Positions 54,754 to 64,000 of a stretch of 64,000 nucleotides of DNA are shown here, piece after piece. The stretch covers positions 73,293-137,292 of the forward strand of contig JABHSK010000002.1 in NCBI GenBank assembly GCA_018669975.1, in the 5' to 3' direction. The position numbers were made by a program, and so were the translations under genes. This DNA comes from Candidatus Parcubacteria bacterium. Lineage in GTDB: Bacteria; Patescibacteriota; Patescibacteriia; UBA1558; GWA2-36-10. Within the stretch, counting starts at the first letter, position 1. Each line of letters starts with the position of its first letter. Under the pieces are notes generated by a model. The model had not been told where the DNA came from, ran no database searches, and was given only the letters and a program-made list of their open reading frames with translations.

Positions 54754-54939
54754 ACGCGTGAAATTTTATGATTTTATAATGAACTGTTTAAAAACGTTGG
54801 AAAATAGGCAATAAATACCATATCTTATACATTTTAATAGCTAATTATATCATATAATCGCTAAAATGTCAAGAACTTACCAAAATTCCCGATTTAAGCT
54901 AAAATATATTATGTTTACTAATAATTAAACGAATAAAAT

Positions 54940-55155
54940 ATGAAAATCGAAGTTGCTAGAGAACTTTGCACCAGTGTCGCTACCTGTATAGCTGTAGCCC
55001 CTGGTACTTTTGAACTCGACGATGAAGGCATTGCCATCATCAAAGACATTAAAGGAGACGATGAAAAAACCATTCTCCAGGCTGCCCAAAGCTGCCCGGT
55101 AAATGCTATTATCCTCTATGATGATAATGGTAAGCAAATACATCCTCCTAAATAA
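54940..55155 (+). CDS. small ferredoxin
   Basis: CTSVATCIAVAP...SCPVNAI cluster-binding pattern. 71 aa. Confidence 0.7.
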   Translation: MKIEVARELCTSVATCIAVAPGTFELDDEGIAIIKDIKGDDEKTILQAAQSCPVNAIILYDDNGKQIHPPK

Positions 55156-55160
55156 TACCT

Positions 55161-56402
55161 ATGCCAAAAAATATATATTTGGACTATGCGTCCACCACAC
55201 CTGTTGATCCACAGGTGTTAAAATCTATGCAGCCATACTGGACGGAGAATTTTGGTAATCCATCCAGTCTTTATCGATTGGGTCGTATCAGTGCTCAAGC
55301 TATTCAGGACGCAAGACAAAAAGCAGCCAAAGCACTAAATTGCCAGCCAGAAGAAATAATCTTTACTGGCTCTGGTACTAGTAGTATAAACTTGGCTCTC
55401 AAGGGTCTAATTGCTAGCAAAGAAAAAATTCATTTAATAACTTCTGCAATTGAACATCACGCTGTACTTGATACTGCTGAATATTTGCATAAGCAAGGAC
55501 ATGAAGTATCCATTCTACCAGTAGACGCTGAAGGTTTGGTTCGTCTAGATGATTTACAAAAAACTATCACTGATAAAACTGAACTCGTCAGTATCATGAT
55601 GGCTAATAATGAAATCGGCACCCTACAGCCCATTCGTGCCATTGGTACTTGGTTGGAAAAAATAAATAAAGAGCGTGTTAAAAAAAATCTACCAAAAATA
55701 TATTTTCATACCGATGCCTGCCAAGCAGCTGGCGCACTTGATTTGGATGTTAAAAAACTTCACGTCGACATGTTAACTATCAATGGTAGTAAAATCTATG
55801 GTCCAAAAGGCACGGGACTACTTTATAGTAAACGCGGCACCCACCTATCTTCATTAATACACGGTGGCGGTCAAGAAAAAAACCTACTTTCAGGCACAGA
55901 AAATGTTCCTGGCATAGTTGGCTTAGCCGCTGCTCTAGAACTAGCTGCTAAAAATAGTGTTAAAGAATCCGCTCGTCTGAGTAAACTACGTGACTGGTTA
56001 ATTAAAGAAATTTTAGAAAAAATATCAAAGACTCGACTCAATGGTCATATTAGTCAACGACTACCAAATAACATTAATATAGCCTTTTTAGATATAGAAG
56101 GTGAGGCTATGTTACTTCATTTAGATGAAGTAGGTATTCAAGCTTCCACTGGCTCAGCTTGCACCTCTGCTACCCTAGAACCCTCTCATGTTATCCGAGC
56201 ACTAGGCTGTCCCTATGAAGTAGCACATGGATCAATGCGTTTTAGCTTGGGCAAACACACAACTAAGAAAGATTTAGAATATTTAGTCAGTAAATTACCA
56301 AATATAGTAGACAAATTACGCCATGCTTCTCCAGTTAAGATAGATATGAAAGAAGTAGAGAAATCAGTCAAAAACGCTCCCCGAGAAATCACTAATTTAT
56401 AA
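55161..56402 (+). CDS. cysteine desulfurase (NifS/IscS class V aminotransferase)
   Basis: PLP-Lys region INGSKIYGPKGTGLLY, catalytic-Cys loop STGSACTS, 413 aa. Confidence 0.85.
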   Translation: MPKNIYLDYASTTPVDPQVLKSMQPYWTENFGNPSSLYRLGRISAQAIQDARQKAAKALNCQPEEIIFTGSGTSSINLALKGLIASKEKIHLITSAIEHHAVLDTAEYLHKQGHEVSILPVDAEGLVRLDDLQKTITDKTELVSIMMANNEIGTLQPIRAIGTWLEKINKERVKKNLPKIYFHTDACQAAGALDLDVKKLHVDMLTINGSKIYGPKGTGLLYSKRGTHLSSLIHGGGQEKNLLSGTENVPGIVGLAAALELAAKNSVKESARLSKLRDWLIKEILEKISKTRLNGHISQRLPNNINIAFLDIEGEAMLLHLDEVGIQASTGSACTSATLEPSHVIRALGCPYEVAHGSMRFSLGKHTTKKDLEYLVSKLPNIVDKLRHASPVKIDMKEVEKSVKNAPREITNL

Positions 56403-56420
56403 TTAATATAATTTATATAT

Positions 56421-57104
56421 ATGCCTAATTCAAAACCAAAGAAAAAGAAAACAACGGTAGCTGCCGATGTTGATATTGTACCTAAAGGCACCAGTGATAA
56501 CTGGGCGTATACTGGCACTGTTAAAGATCACTTCTTTAATCCTAGAAATCTAGTTATAGATGTTTCTAAAATGAAAGGATATGATGGTCTAGGCATGGTC
56601 GGCTCACCAGCTTGTGGTGATATGATGAAAATATGGGTAAAAGTAGATAAAAAAACTGACAAAATCAAAGAAATGAAGTGGCAAACATTTGGTTGTGGTT
56701 CAGCTATTGCCGCTACTTCCATGCTGTCTGTTATGGTGACTGAAAAAGGTGGTATGAAAATAGACAAAGCTCTATCCGTCAAACCACAGGACATTACCAA
56801 GCGACTAGGTGATTTACCAACCAGAAAAATTCACTGCTCTGTTTTAGGAGACAAAGCCCTGCGCTCTGCTGTTAATAATTATTTTATAAAGTCAGGACAA
56901 AAAGACCGCGTAGTTAAAGAACAGGTCCGCATCATCGACAGAGAAGCCAAGGTAACTGATCATGATATCGAGGAAGCAGTTCTAGAGGGTGCTCATACTT
57001 TAGAAGCAGTTCAAAAAAAGACTAAAGTTGGCGTCGGTAATCCGGAGGTCATACCAGAAGTCGAGCAGTTAATTAGATTCTACACTGAAAAATATTTTGG
57101 TTAA
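56421..57104 (+). CDS. NifU/IscU-type Fe-S cluster scaffold with C-terminal extension
   Basis: GSPACGDMMKIWVKV ... WQTFGCGSAIAATS ... KIHCSVLGDKAL (three conserved Cys). Confidence 0.8.
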   Translation: MPNSKPKKKKTTVAADVDIVPKGTSDNWAYTGTVKDHFFNPRNLVIDVSKMKGYDGLGMVGSPACGDMMKIWVKVDKKTDKIKEMKWQTFGCGSAIAATSMLSVMVTEKGGMKIDKALSVKPQDITKRLGDLPTRKIHCSVLGDKALRSAVNNYFIKSGQKDRVVKEQVRIIDREAKVTDHDIEEAVLEGAHTLEAVQKKTKVGVGNPEVIPEVEQLIRFYTEKYFG

Positions 57105-57131
57105 GATATACACAGTTAAATATCAAAGATA

Positions 57132-58031
57132 ATGAACAGAGACGTCATCATAATCATGGAAGGCGGCACTATTCAGGGTGTTTTTAGCGCCGGAGTAGCC
57201 GCAATATTACAAAAAGAAAATTTATACCCCCGCATAGATTCTATTTATGCAGTTTCCTCAGGCGCACATAACGCTGCTTATTTTTTATCTCGTAAAATAG
57301 ATGTTGGGGCTAGTATATACCATGACTACCTACTCAAAAGACATTCTTTTCTTAAACATTTGTCATTTAAAGTTATACTTAAAAAAATCCTACAGTTATT
57401 TTTCCTGGGACGTAGCTTTGATGTTATTGATCTGGCTTATATCGAAGATCTAGAAAGGGACATCTTGCCCTTGGATCTAAAAAGGATTAATGAGACTCCA
57501 ATTAAATTTTTTGTCAGGGTATTTAATCCTAAAACTAGGAAAATAGAATACCTAGACGCTAAAACTAATACCATTGAAAAGATAATCCAGTCTGCCAAAG
57601 TCCCACCTTATGCCTTTTCACGAACCCATAAAGACTTATATTTTGATGGTGGCATCATGCCTACTAAAAGTTTTCTCAATGATATAGTCAAAAAAAATCC
57701 TGACAAAAAAATCATCTACATATTTTGTGACAAAAAAACTTTTCGCCGCGTCACAAGATATATTATGGCTGACTTACTAGATGTGCTTTTCAAAACTAGA
57801 TACCTGGGTATACGCTACGGACTCAAGCACCTCTTTAATATCTACAACTACACCTATGTAAGTAATCTCAAAAAATACCCCAACGTTATCACTGTTTATG
57901 ATAGCACTGGTAATTCCAAACGAGAGAAGAAAAAACAAAAGATTTTGGATGCCTACGAACATGGCGTTAGTCGAGGTAAATATGTTTTAGAAAAACTAAG
58001 AGAATTAGATCAAAAACAAAAAGAGAGCTAG
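57132..58031 (+). CDS. patatin-like phospholipase-related protein (divergent)
   Basis: MEGGTIQGVFSAGV oxyanion-like segment, AVSSGAHNA (imperfect GxSxG) and DGGIMPT (DGG). Confidence 0.45.
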   Translation: MNRDVIIIMEGGTIQGVFSAGVAAILQKENLYPRIDSIYAVSSGAHNAAYFLSRKIDVGASIYHDYLLKRHSFLKHLSFKVILKKILQLFFLGRSFDVIDLAYIEDLERDILPLDLKRINETPIKFFVRVFNPKTRKIEYLDAKTNTIEKIIQSAKVPPYAFSRTHKDLYFDGGIMPTKSFLNDIVKKNPDKKIIYIFCDKKTFRRVTRYIMADLLDVLFKTRYLGIRYGLKHLFNIYNYTYVSNLKKYPNVITVYDSTGNSKREKKKQKILDAYEHGVSRGKYVLEKLRELDQKQKES

Positions 58032-58061
58032 GCTCTCTTTTTTGATTATATAAAATATAGA

Positions 58062-59849
58062 TTACCAGCTACCGCCTCCGCCGCCTCCGCCGCCTCCGCC
58101 GGAAAAACCTCCACTACCACCAGAAGATGGTCTAGAAGATAAGGTTGAACTAGAATTAGCTTGAAAACCATGCAAGCTATCACCGAAAGCTGACACACTA
58201 AAATATACTCCCGCATTAGCATTGTGATACCATCCAGGCTCTTCGTTATAAATACCCTCAAATTGCTTGGCCCACTTTTTTTCTATCCCTAAAGCCATGG
58301 CATAGGGTAAGAGTTTTTCAAACAGTTGTGGATTTTTTTCTGGGGCATTATGAAAATCTATTCGATGTTTTTCAGCTACATCAATATATTCCTTAAGTCC
58401 TAAAATATGCTCTTTAGCTAACACACCTTCTTTAGTGCGATGGGACATCTGCATACCAAAAATTACTACTATAATGATGCTCAAAAAAAGTGCCAGGAAA
58501 GTAGCTGGTCCAAATGAACCAAAAAATAAAGAGGCTAGATTTTCACCTATGGCAAAAAGAATAATAACTGTGACAGTTAAAATAGCACCATAAACAGCCT
58601 TAACTTTTTTAGGGCTCTTGGGAAAATAACCTTTATCAACAGTTGATTGATACATGTCGTCCTCTACTCGCTTCATCCATTTATATGCCTTATCTTTAAA
58701 ATCAGACAAAAACACTCTAGTCATCGCATCAGGATGCAACTCTATATTTTCTAATTTAGCCAACTTGTCCTTTGAGGCAGCTGTACTAAACAAATTATCA
58801 ATCAACTCCTTTTGATATTCACGAGGCAAATCATTACTATCCTTTAGCTTTTCTAAAAGATAATCCGCTGAAGAAAAAGTTCCTTTTTTCTTAGTCCTAG
58901 TAATTTTAATATAACCCTGAATAGCCAAATAAATAATTTCTGCCGAAATATCTCGGTGATGAATTTTCTCATCTACCACTGCCCCAATCTCAGCTGGCAT
59001 CATATCCTTGGGTGCATCATATTGAGCAATGATAGTACCTCGTCCCTTGGGATCACGACCTCGCTTGTGCCAATAGATAAACATTATTATAAAAACCAAA
59101 ACTGGCAATAATAAAACTATATTTTGTTTAATAGTGTTCCCAACTTTTTCACTAGTGGTCGGCTCTACCACCAAACCTTTGGGCAATTTTGTCAAAATAG
59201 TAACCCCACTGCCAGCAGTCAGCTGACCAGTCACAAATGACACACCGGCTACCCGATCATCGATTTCAATATCGGTTCTCCATTGGCAATTATTATTACT
59301 ACCAAGCGCTCCAAAATAGCACTCTGTATCATGTTCTGCCTTGTCCAATGAAACTGGATAATAAACATTGATTTGAGAGGCGTGTATACCTACCTGCCAT
59401 TTATCACCAATAGCATTCCAATATAATTCATCATAATCCTCTTCAAAAGTCATAGCTCCAACAACCGTGTATCCAATCACATAAGTATGCAGCCCACTGA
59501 TAGTCCTGTCTGGATCACCAATCTTTATTTTCTTACCATTACCACCAGACATGCTAAATTGATAGTTTTTACCAAGCTCATCAACCACCGATACATCTTC
59601 AATGTACATCTTATAGCTCAATCCAAAATCAGTGTAAGACAAAGGGATATCACGATAAATTCCATGTTTTTGCTCATTAGCAAAATCATACTCAATTGTT
59701 TCCTTAACCACAATGCTAGCATCCTGCTGAATATAAACATCAACCCGCATTTCTTTAATATTTTCATGAGGGAAGGCCTGGGCCAAAATTGTTTGTGGCC
59801 AGATTAAAACTGCCAAAAATACAGCTAAAATAAATACTATTTTTTTCAT
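58062..59849 (-). CDS. DUF2207-like membrane protein with poly-Gly C-terminal tail
   Basis: Signal peptide, a ~230-aa ectodomain, TM helices mid-protein and a C-terminal SGGSGGFSGGGGGGGGGGSW. Confidence 0.5.
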   Translation of the reverse strand: MKKIVFILAVFLAVLIWPQTILAQAFPHENIKEMRVDVYIQQDASIVVKETIEYDFANEQKHGIYRDIPLSYTDFGLSYKMYIEDVSVVDELGKNYQFSMSGGNGKKIKIGDPDRTISGLHTYVIGYTVVGAMTFEEDYDELYWNAIGDKWQVGIHASQINVYYPVSLDKAEHDTECYFGALGSNNNCQWRTDIEIDDRVAGVSFVTGQLTAGSGVTILTKLPKGLVVEPTTSEKVGNTIKQNIVLLLPVLVFIIMFIYWHKRGRDPKGRGTIIAQYDAPKDMMPAEIGAVVDEKIHHRDISAEIIYLAIQGYIKITRTKKKGTFSSADYLLEKLKDSNDLPREYQKELIDNLFSTAASKDKLAKLENIELHPDAMTRVFLSDFKDKAYKWMKRVEDDMYQSTVDKGYFPKSPKKVKAVYGAILTVTVIILFAIGENLASLFFGSFGPATFLALFLSIIIVVIFGMQMSHRTKEGVLAKEHILGLKEYIDVAEKHRIDFHNAPEKNPQLFEKLLPYAMALGIEKKWAKQFEGIYNEEPGWYHNANAGVYFSVSAFGDSLHGFQANSSSTLSSRPSSGGSGGFSGGGGGGGGGGSW

Positions 59850-59913
59850 AACTTTAATTTAACTATTATTTATAAGCTTAGCACAAAATATCAAAAAATG
59901 TTATAATTTCCCT

Positions 59914-60495
59914 ATGAAAATAGAATACGAAGCTACATTTATTGACGTGAATAAAAATAATATCCGTTCTCGCCTAAAAAAAGCAGGGGCTAAGATGGTT
60001 TATCCAGAGTTTATGATGAAAAGATATGTTTGGCTTTTGCCGAAGGGTCATGAAATAGATGGTAGCTGGGCTAGAGTCAGACAGGAGGCCGACAAAATAA
60101 CCCTCAGTGTCAAAATAGTTGCTGACAACAAAAAAATAGAAGACCAAAAAGAGCTTTGCATCGAAGTAGATAGTTTTGATACTGCTCGAGACATCCTCAA
60201 TACCCTTGGCTGTCAAGAAAAAGCTTACCAAGAAAGCAAACGTGAGCTGTGGCATCTAGATGGCGCTGAAGTCACTATAGATGAATGGCCGTTCTTGGAT
60301 CCTTTTGTAGAAATAGAAGCTGAGTCTGAACAAATAGTAAAAGCTGTGTCTAAAAAACTAAATTTTGATTATAGCCAAGCACTATTTGGCTCTGTGGACT
60401 TCCAATATGCTGATAAATATAATATTACTCTAGAACAAATCAATAATAAAACACCAAACATTACTTTTGATATGAAAAATCCATTTATAAAATAA
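59914..60495 (+). CDS. CYTH-domain (triphosphate tunnel metalloenzyme / CyaB-like) protein
   Basis: Begins MKIEYEATF (ExE motif of CYTH). 193 aa. Moderate. Confidence 0.5.
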   Translation: MKIEYEATFIDVNKNNIRSRLKKAGAKMVYPEFMMKRYVWLLPKGHEIDGSWARVRQEADKITLSVKIVADNKKIEDQKELCIEVDSFDTARDILNTLGCQEKAYQESKRELWHLDGAEVTIDEWPFLDPFVEIEAESEQIVKAVSKKLNFDYSQALFGSVDFQYADKYNITLEQINNKTPNITFDMKNPFIK

Positions 60496-60502
60496 AAATA
60501 AA

Positions 60503-61861
60503 ATGCCAAACATAAAATTAACATCATTTGGTGCAACCCAGGAAGTAACTGGATCCTGCCATCTTTTAAACATCGGTGGCTTTCGTCTACTGGTTGACTG
60601 CGGTATGTTTCAAGGTGATCGCGACAACTACAAAAAAAATTGGGAGGAATTACCCTTTGATCCTAAAGATATCGACGCTGTAATTTTAACTCATGCTCAC
60701 CTAGATCATTGTGGTCGTCTACCTAAACTATATGCTAGAAAATATCTAGGTAAAGTCTATGCTACCCCACCAACCATAAAATTATCTCGCATAGTGCTAG
60801 AGGACAGCTTCTATATCATGAATGAAAAGGCCATGAAGCTGCATCTGCCCAAATTATATTCTTTGACTGATGTCCGTAAAGTCTTTGTTAGTTGGGAACC
60901 AGTTGATTATTATAAAAAGGTTGAACTTAGCCCTGATGTTAGCTTTAAACTACATAATGCCGGCCACATTCTCGGCTCTAGTATAGTAGAAATTAAAGCT
61001 GGCGATAAAACAATTGTATTTTCCGGAGATATCGGCGGTGAACATATGCCACTCGTCAAAGACATTGATTATATATCCAAGGCAGACTACGTAATCAGTG
61101 AAGGCACCTATGGTAATAGACTACACGAGCACTTCGATAACCGTAATGAAAAATTATTAGAAGCTGTCAAAAGAGTGACTAGCAACAACTCTACTCTATT
61201 AATTACAATCTTTGCCCTGGAAAGAACACAAGACATCCTCAAGGTACTTAATGACTACTATGAAAAACATTTGGATTTTTCTGTACCTGCATTTTTAGAC
61301 AGCCCAATGGCTTGGAATGCCACTAAAATATACAAAGAGTCACTAAACTATCTAAATGAAGAGGCTCAGGAGTCGCTAAAAACAGATCGTGATATTTTCA
61401 AATTTCCACACCTCAGTATCACCAACAATGTCCGCCAATCCAAAAACATAAATTCTGTATCCCCTCCTAAAATTATCCTAGCTGGCTCCGGCATGGCTGA
61501 AGGTGGCAGGATGCTTCATCATTTTTCACGATATCTAGGTGATGCCAAAAATCATGTACTATTCATGGGCTTTCAGGTGCCTGGTACTTTGGGGCATAAA
61601 ATTCTAAATGGCTCCTTTGATTTCAACTACTATGGTCGCTCTATCAAAATTGAAGCAGCTGTAGATCAAATCGATGGTTTTTCTGCTCACGCTGATAAAG
61701 CTGCTCTACTTAAATGGATTGGGCACTTCAAACAACCAAACAAGGTATTACTTAGTCATGGTGATAAAGATGTCTTGGAAGATTTAGCCACATCTGTCCG
61801 TGAAAAATTTAATTTTGATACTGAAATAATAAAATATAATACAAATATAACTTTAAATTAA
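60503..61861 (+). CDS. MBL-fold beta-CASP family RNA-metabolising hydrolase
   Basis: HAHLDHCGRLP (HxHxDH), later HILGSS, and SAHAD near the C-terminus. 452 aa. Confidence 0.8.
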   Translation: MPNIKLTSFGATQEVTGSCHLLNIGGFRLLVDCGMFQGDRDNYKKNWEELPFDPKDIDAVILTHAHLDHCGRLPKLYARKYLGKVYATPPTIKLSRIVLEDSFYIMNEKAMKLHLPKLYSLTDVRKVFVSWEPVDYYKKVELSPDVSFKLHNAGHILGSSIVEIKAGDKTIVFSGDIGGEHMPLVKDIDYISKADYVISEGTYGNRLHEHFDNRNEKLLEAVKRVTSNNSTLLITIFALERTQDILKVLNDYYEKHLDFSVPAFLDSPMAWNATKIYKESLNYLNEEAQESLKTDRDIFKFPHLSITNNVRQSKNINSVSPPKIILAGSGMAEGGRMLHHFSRYLGDAKNHVLFMGFQVPGTLGHKILNGSFDFNYYGRSIKIEAAVDQIDGFSAHADKAALLKWIGHFKQPNKVLLSHGDKDVLEDLATSVREKFNFDTEIIKYNTNITLN

Positions 61862-61865
61862 AATT

Positions 61866-63089
61866 ATGCTTAAATCTCATTCTGGCTCTTATGTCATTTT
61901 AGTACTATTGGCTATATTATTAGCTGGCGCAGTGTTCAGCATTTCTTTAATGAAGGCACCCACCAAACAACTTAACATAAAAAAAGTTGATAATATTTCT
62001 GCAACAAGCACCGGTGACTCTCAATTCAATCATCCTCTCTATTGTGAAAAAGACGACGACTGTACCCTACAAACCCCTGTTGATTGTAATATCTGCGGTT
62101 GTGGTACACCGGTTAATGTACAAAACTACGTTACACCACGCTGTGATATACAAAGCACAGACTGTGACAATGCTTGCCCACAGATTGATGTAAACTGTGT
62201 AAATAATAGATGTATAGCCCAGGGCAAAAACAACTGGCAAGTAGTCGATAATATCGACATCGTCAATCAACAATTTACTTTTGATGGTTGCGGACAATTG
62301 ACTGACTATACTGACTATAGTTGGTACCCTGAACTAGAACAGTCCATCAATGGCGAAGATATAGACTCAAATGACATCCTAGAACTTTGTTATTCAAAAA
62401 ATGCTCAGATGGTAGTCTTTATAGTCGAGGGCAGCTACTGCAAAAGTGGCGACATCTATCGCCTAGACATTGGTCGAGACAATATGCTACATGCCAATGT
62501 CATAGATCATGACAGAGGCTGTCTGGCTGGCTTCCGAGAATTTGGTAAAAGAGTTGGTAACAATATCAAAGTAACTGGCATTGATGGTGATGCAGGTTGT
62601 ACTGCCGAAATGTACTATGACTACAATTTCATGAGCAACTCTGTAGAGTTGATTAGTGAATATGACTGGTGTTTTGAAGATAAAGAAAATGGCGATTGGT
62701 CCTACCACGCTGGCTCACTCTGTGAAGATGAGCCTACTATCACTGCTATTGGTCGAGCTCGATATCCAGTTCATCCAAAATATAGTGACCAGCTACATTT
62801 CCTAGGAGAACTATTTACCGCTGATGAGTGTGGTGCCGACAGGCTAGCAGAAATACACGGTGTCTATGAAAATCAATATACACTCGGCTCATCCTTAAGC
62901 TTAGAGGCTAATCCTAGTGCCGAATTAATCGACACCCTAGATTCGATCGGTTATTTCTGTACCGTCAAAACAAACAAGTATAGATGCGATCAATGGGAAT
63001 TAATGCAGATAGTGCCCCTGGATGATATTCTACAGCTAAAACCATATTATAAAGAACTAAAATCAGATGATTGCCTAAATTGTGGTTAA
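61866..63089 (+). CDS. secreted Cys-rich hypothetical protein
   Basis: Signal anchor plus more than 25 Cys. Confidence 0.4.
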   Translation: MLKSHSGSYVILVLLAILLAGAVFSISLMKAPTKQLNIKKVDNISATSTGDSQFNHPLYCEKDDDCTLQTPVDCNICGCGTPVNVQNYVTPRCDIQSTDCDNACPQIDVNCVNNRCIAQGKNNWQVVDNIDIVNQQFTFDGCGQLTDYTDYSWYPELEQSINGEDIDSNDILELCYSKNAQMVVFIVEGSYCKSGDIYRLDIGRDNMLHANVIDHDRGCLAGFREFGKRVGNNIKVTGIDGDAGCTAEMYYDYNFMSNSVELISEYDWCFEDKENGDWSYHAGSLCEDEPTITAIGRARYPVHPKYSDQLHFLGELFTADECGADRLAEIHGVYENQYTLGSSLSLEANPSAELIDTLDSIGYFCTVKTNKYRCDQWELMQIVPLDDILQLKPYYKELKSDDCLNCG

Positions 63090-63131
63090 ACACAAAAACA
63101 GCCCCTTAGGGCTGTTTTTTTATTGAAAAAA

Positions 63132-63653
63132 TTATTTTAATAGACCAGTCTTCTCTTGAAACCAATTCCAAGGAGTAGCCTCTGTAAAGTGTAGTAGATA
63201 TTCCTGTGCCATCTTAGGAATTAAGAGTAAAAACAATATAAGGGCCAATTTTTTGACTGTCAGCTGAAATTTCTTGAAGTATCTATTCCTAGCAGCCCAG
63301 AATAAAAACCAATTTTCAAACATGTTAGGGAAAATGAACAACAATATCCTAGCATGCGTGATTTCAAACAGCACTACGCCCAGTAGACGGTAAAAAAATA
63401 AAAATACTGAGGTCTTTTTGGCTAAGCCGTGCCATTTAAGACTGATAATGAAAGCAAAGGTTAGATAATAGATATCTAGGGCTTTGTCTAAACGAGAATA
63501 ATCGGCAAAATCACCCATTTTGAATACATCTATCAAGATGACATCGCCGCCATCCAATAATAGAGCTACTACTGTGCCCCAAAATGGCCAACGAAAGATC
63601 ATCAAGGGTACTATCAGTCGTAAAATCACGACTATCAATGGTCCCATCTCCAT
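63132..63653 (-). CDS. membrane protein, paralog B (paired with 32442..32981)
   Basis: MEMGPLIVVILRLIVPLMIFRWPFWGT...ILLFIFPNMFENWFLFWAARN. Confidence 0.5.
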   Translation of the reverse strand: MEMGPLIVVILRLIVPLMIFRWPFWGTVVALLLDGGDVILIDVFKMGDFADYSRLDKALDIYYLTFAFIISLKWHGLAKKTSVFLFFYRLLGVVLFEITHARILLFIFPNMFENWFLFWAARNRYFKKFQLTVKKLALILFLLLIPKMAQEYLLHFTEATPWNWFQEKTGLLK

Positions 63654-63664
63654 AATTTTGTTTT

Positions 63665-63919
63665 TTATCTTTTATTAAGAGGGTTTTCAATCTCTTCCTC
63701 TGGTTTCTTTTCCTTTTTTTCTATAGGCAAGGTAGGATAGGTCTCTTTGTCCAGGCCACCAATATACAAAACTGGATCAACTAGATCCTTGGCAGTGGTT
63801 TTAGGGCGTGCCTTAGCTGCTGGAGACTGAAAATTTTGCTTTTTAGGTTTAAAACCTCTCTTTGGTCGGTTTTTCCTACGACCCGGATTTGTATTTTTGA
63901 ATATTTTTGCCATATGCAA
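63665..63919 (-). CDS. small basic protein, hypothetical
   Basis: 84 aa, Lys/Arg/Pro-rich. Confidence 0.3.
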   Translation of the reverse strand: MHMAKIFKNTNPGRRKNRPKRGFKPKKQNFQSPAAKARPKTTAKDLVDPVLYIGGLDKETYPTLPIEKKEKKPEEEIENPLNKR

Positions 63920-64000
63920 ATATCATAGCAGATACTGTTTTGGCTGACAATAGACCAAAATTTAATCACTGACGGCGCAAATTGGACTTTTTTTAAGGGG

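Noticed and set aside
54925-55143. Minus-strand 72-aa ORF opposite the ferredoxin gene
   Set aside because: The plus-strand frame carries the Cys pattern of a ferredoxin. The minus frame is a shadow.

Overview
This 64-kb window is low-GC (about 30%) and gene-dense, with many small membrane and secreted proteins, type-IV-pilin-like proteins and reduced metabolism. I infer it comes from a Patescibacteria/CPR-like bacterium, on composition only. Read left to right it contains six blocks.

(1) 1-12.1 kb. A minus-strand cluster of an ECF sigma/anti-sigma pair, small membrane proteins and a radical-SAM/SPASM enzyme. It is followed by an isoprenoid-lipid gene set: a CarS-like CTP-transferase, a DolK/VTE5-like polyprenol kinase, a GNAT, a CDP-alcohol phosphatidyltransferase and a UbiA prenyltransferase. 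These are interleaved with a two-part PEP-synthase/rifampin-phosphotransferase-like dikinase, whose ATP-grasp gene and swivel-His gene lie on either side of the UbiA gene. This is the strongest candidate for an undescribed system.

(2) 12.1-16.0 kb. A PerR/Fur-headed oxidative-stress operon (2-Cys peroxiredoxin, Fe/Mn SOD, rubrerythrin, D-2-hydroxyacid dehydrogenase) with a perfect 13-bp inverted-repeat operator candidate.

(3) 16.7-18.2 kb. Two tandem copies of a ~55-nt element, each with its own terminator-like hairpin, precede a visibly GC-richer two-gene module (a Gly-rich-tail lipoprotein and a small membrane protein).

(4) 21.5-41.0 kb. An all-minus-strand array of more than 20 accessory secreted, membrane and Cys-rich genes. 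It is punctuated at least 16 times by a conserved ~100-nt intergenic element combining a terminator hairpin (three compensatory stem variants) with a promoter-like block. The array ends at a tRNA-His/tRNA-Arg pair. The element's conserved flank looks like a degenerate copy of the tRNA-His 3' end, so this is a possible accreted island.

(5) 41.2-52 kb. Housekeeping genes (RpiB, Rpe), a histidine kinase whose N-terminal TM segment sits in a different frame, a 1430-aa surface protein and 2-oxoacid:ferredoxin oxidoreductase alpha and beta subunits.

(6) 52-64 kb. A GC-richer island (lipoprotein, two tandem unannotated 39- and 48-aa hydrophobic peptides, a MYG1/UPF0160-like protein). It is followed by ferredoxin, cysteine desulfurase, NifU, a patatin-like protein, a DUF2207-like protein, a CYTH protein, a beta-CASP RNase and a paralog of a membrane protein found 30 kb upstream.

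All family assignments rest on motifs read by eye from the translations. No database search or computation was run.
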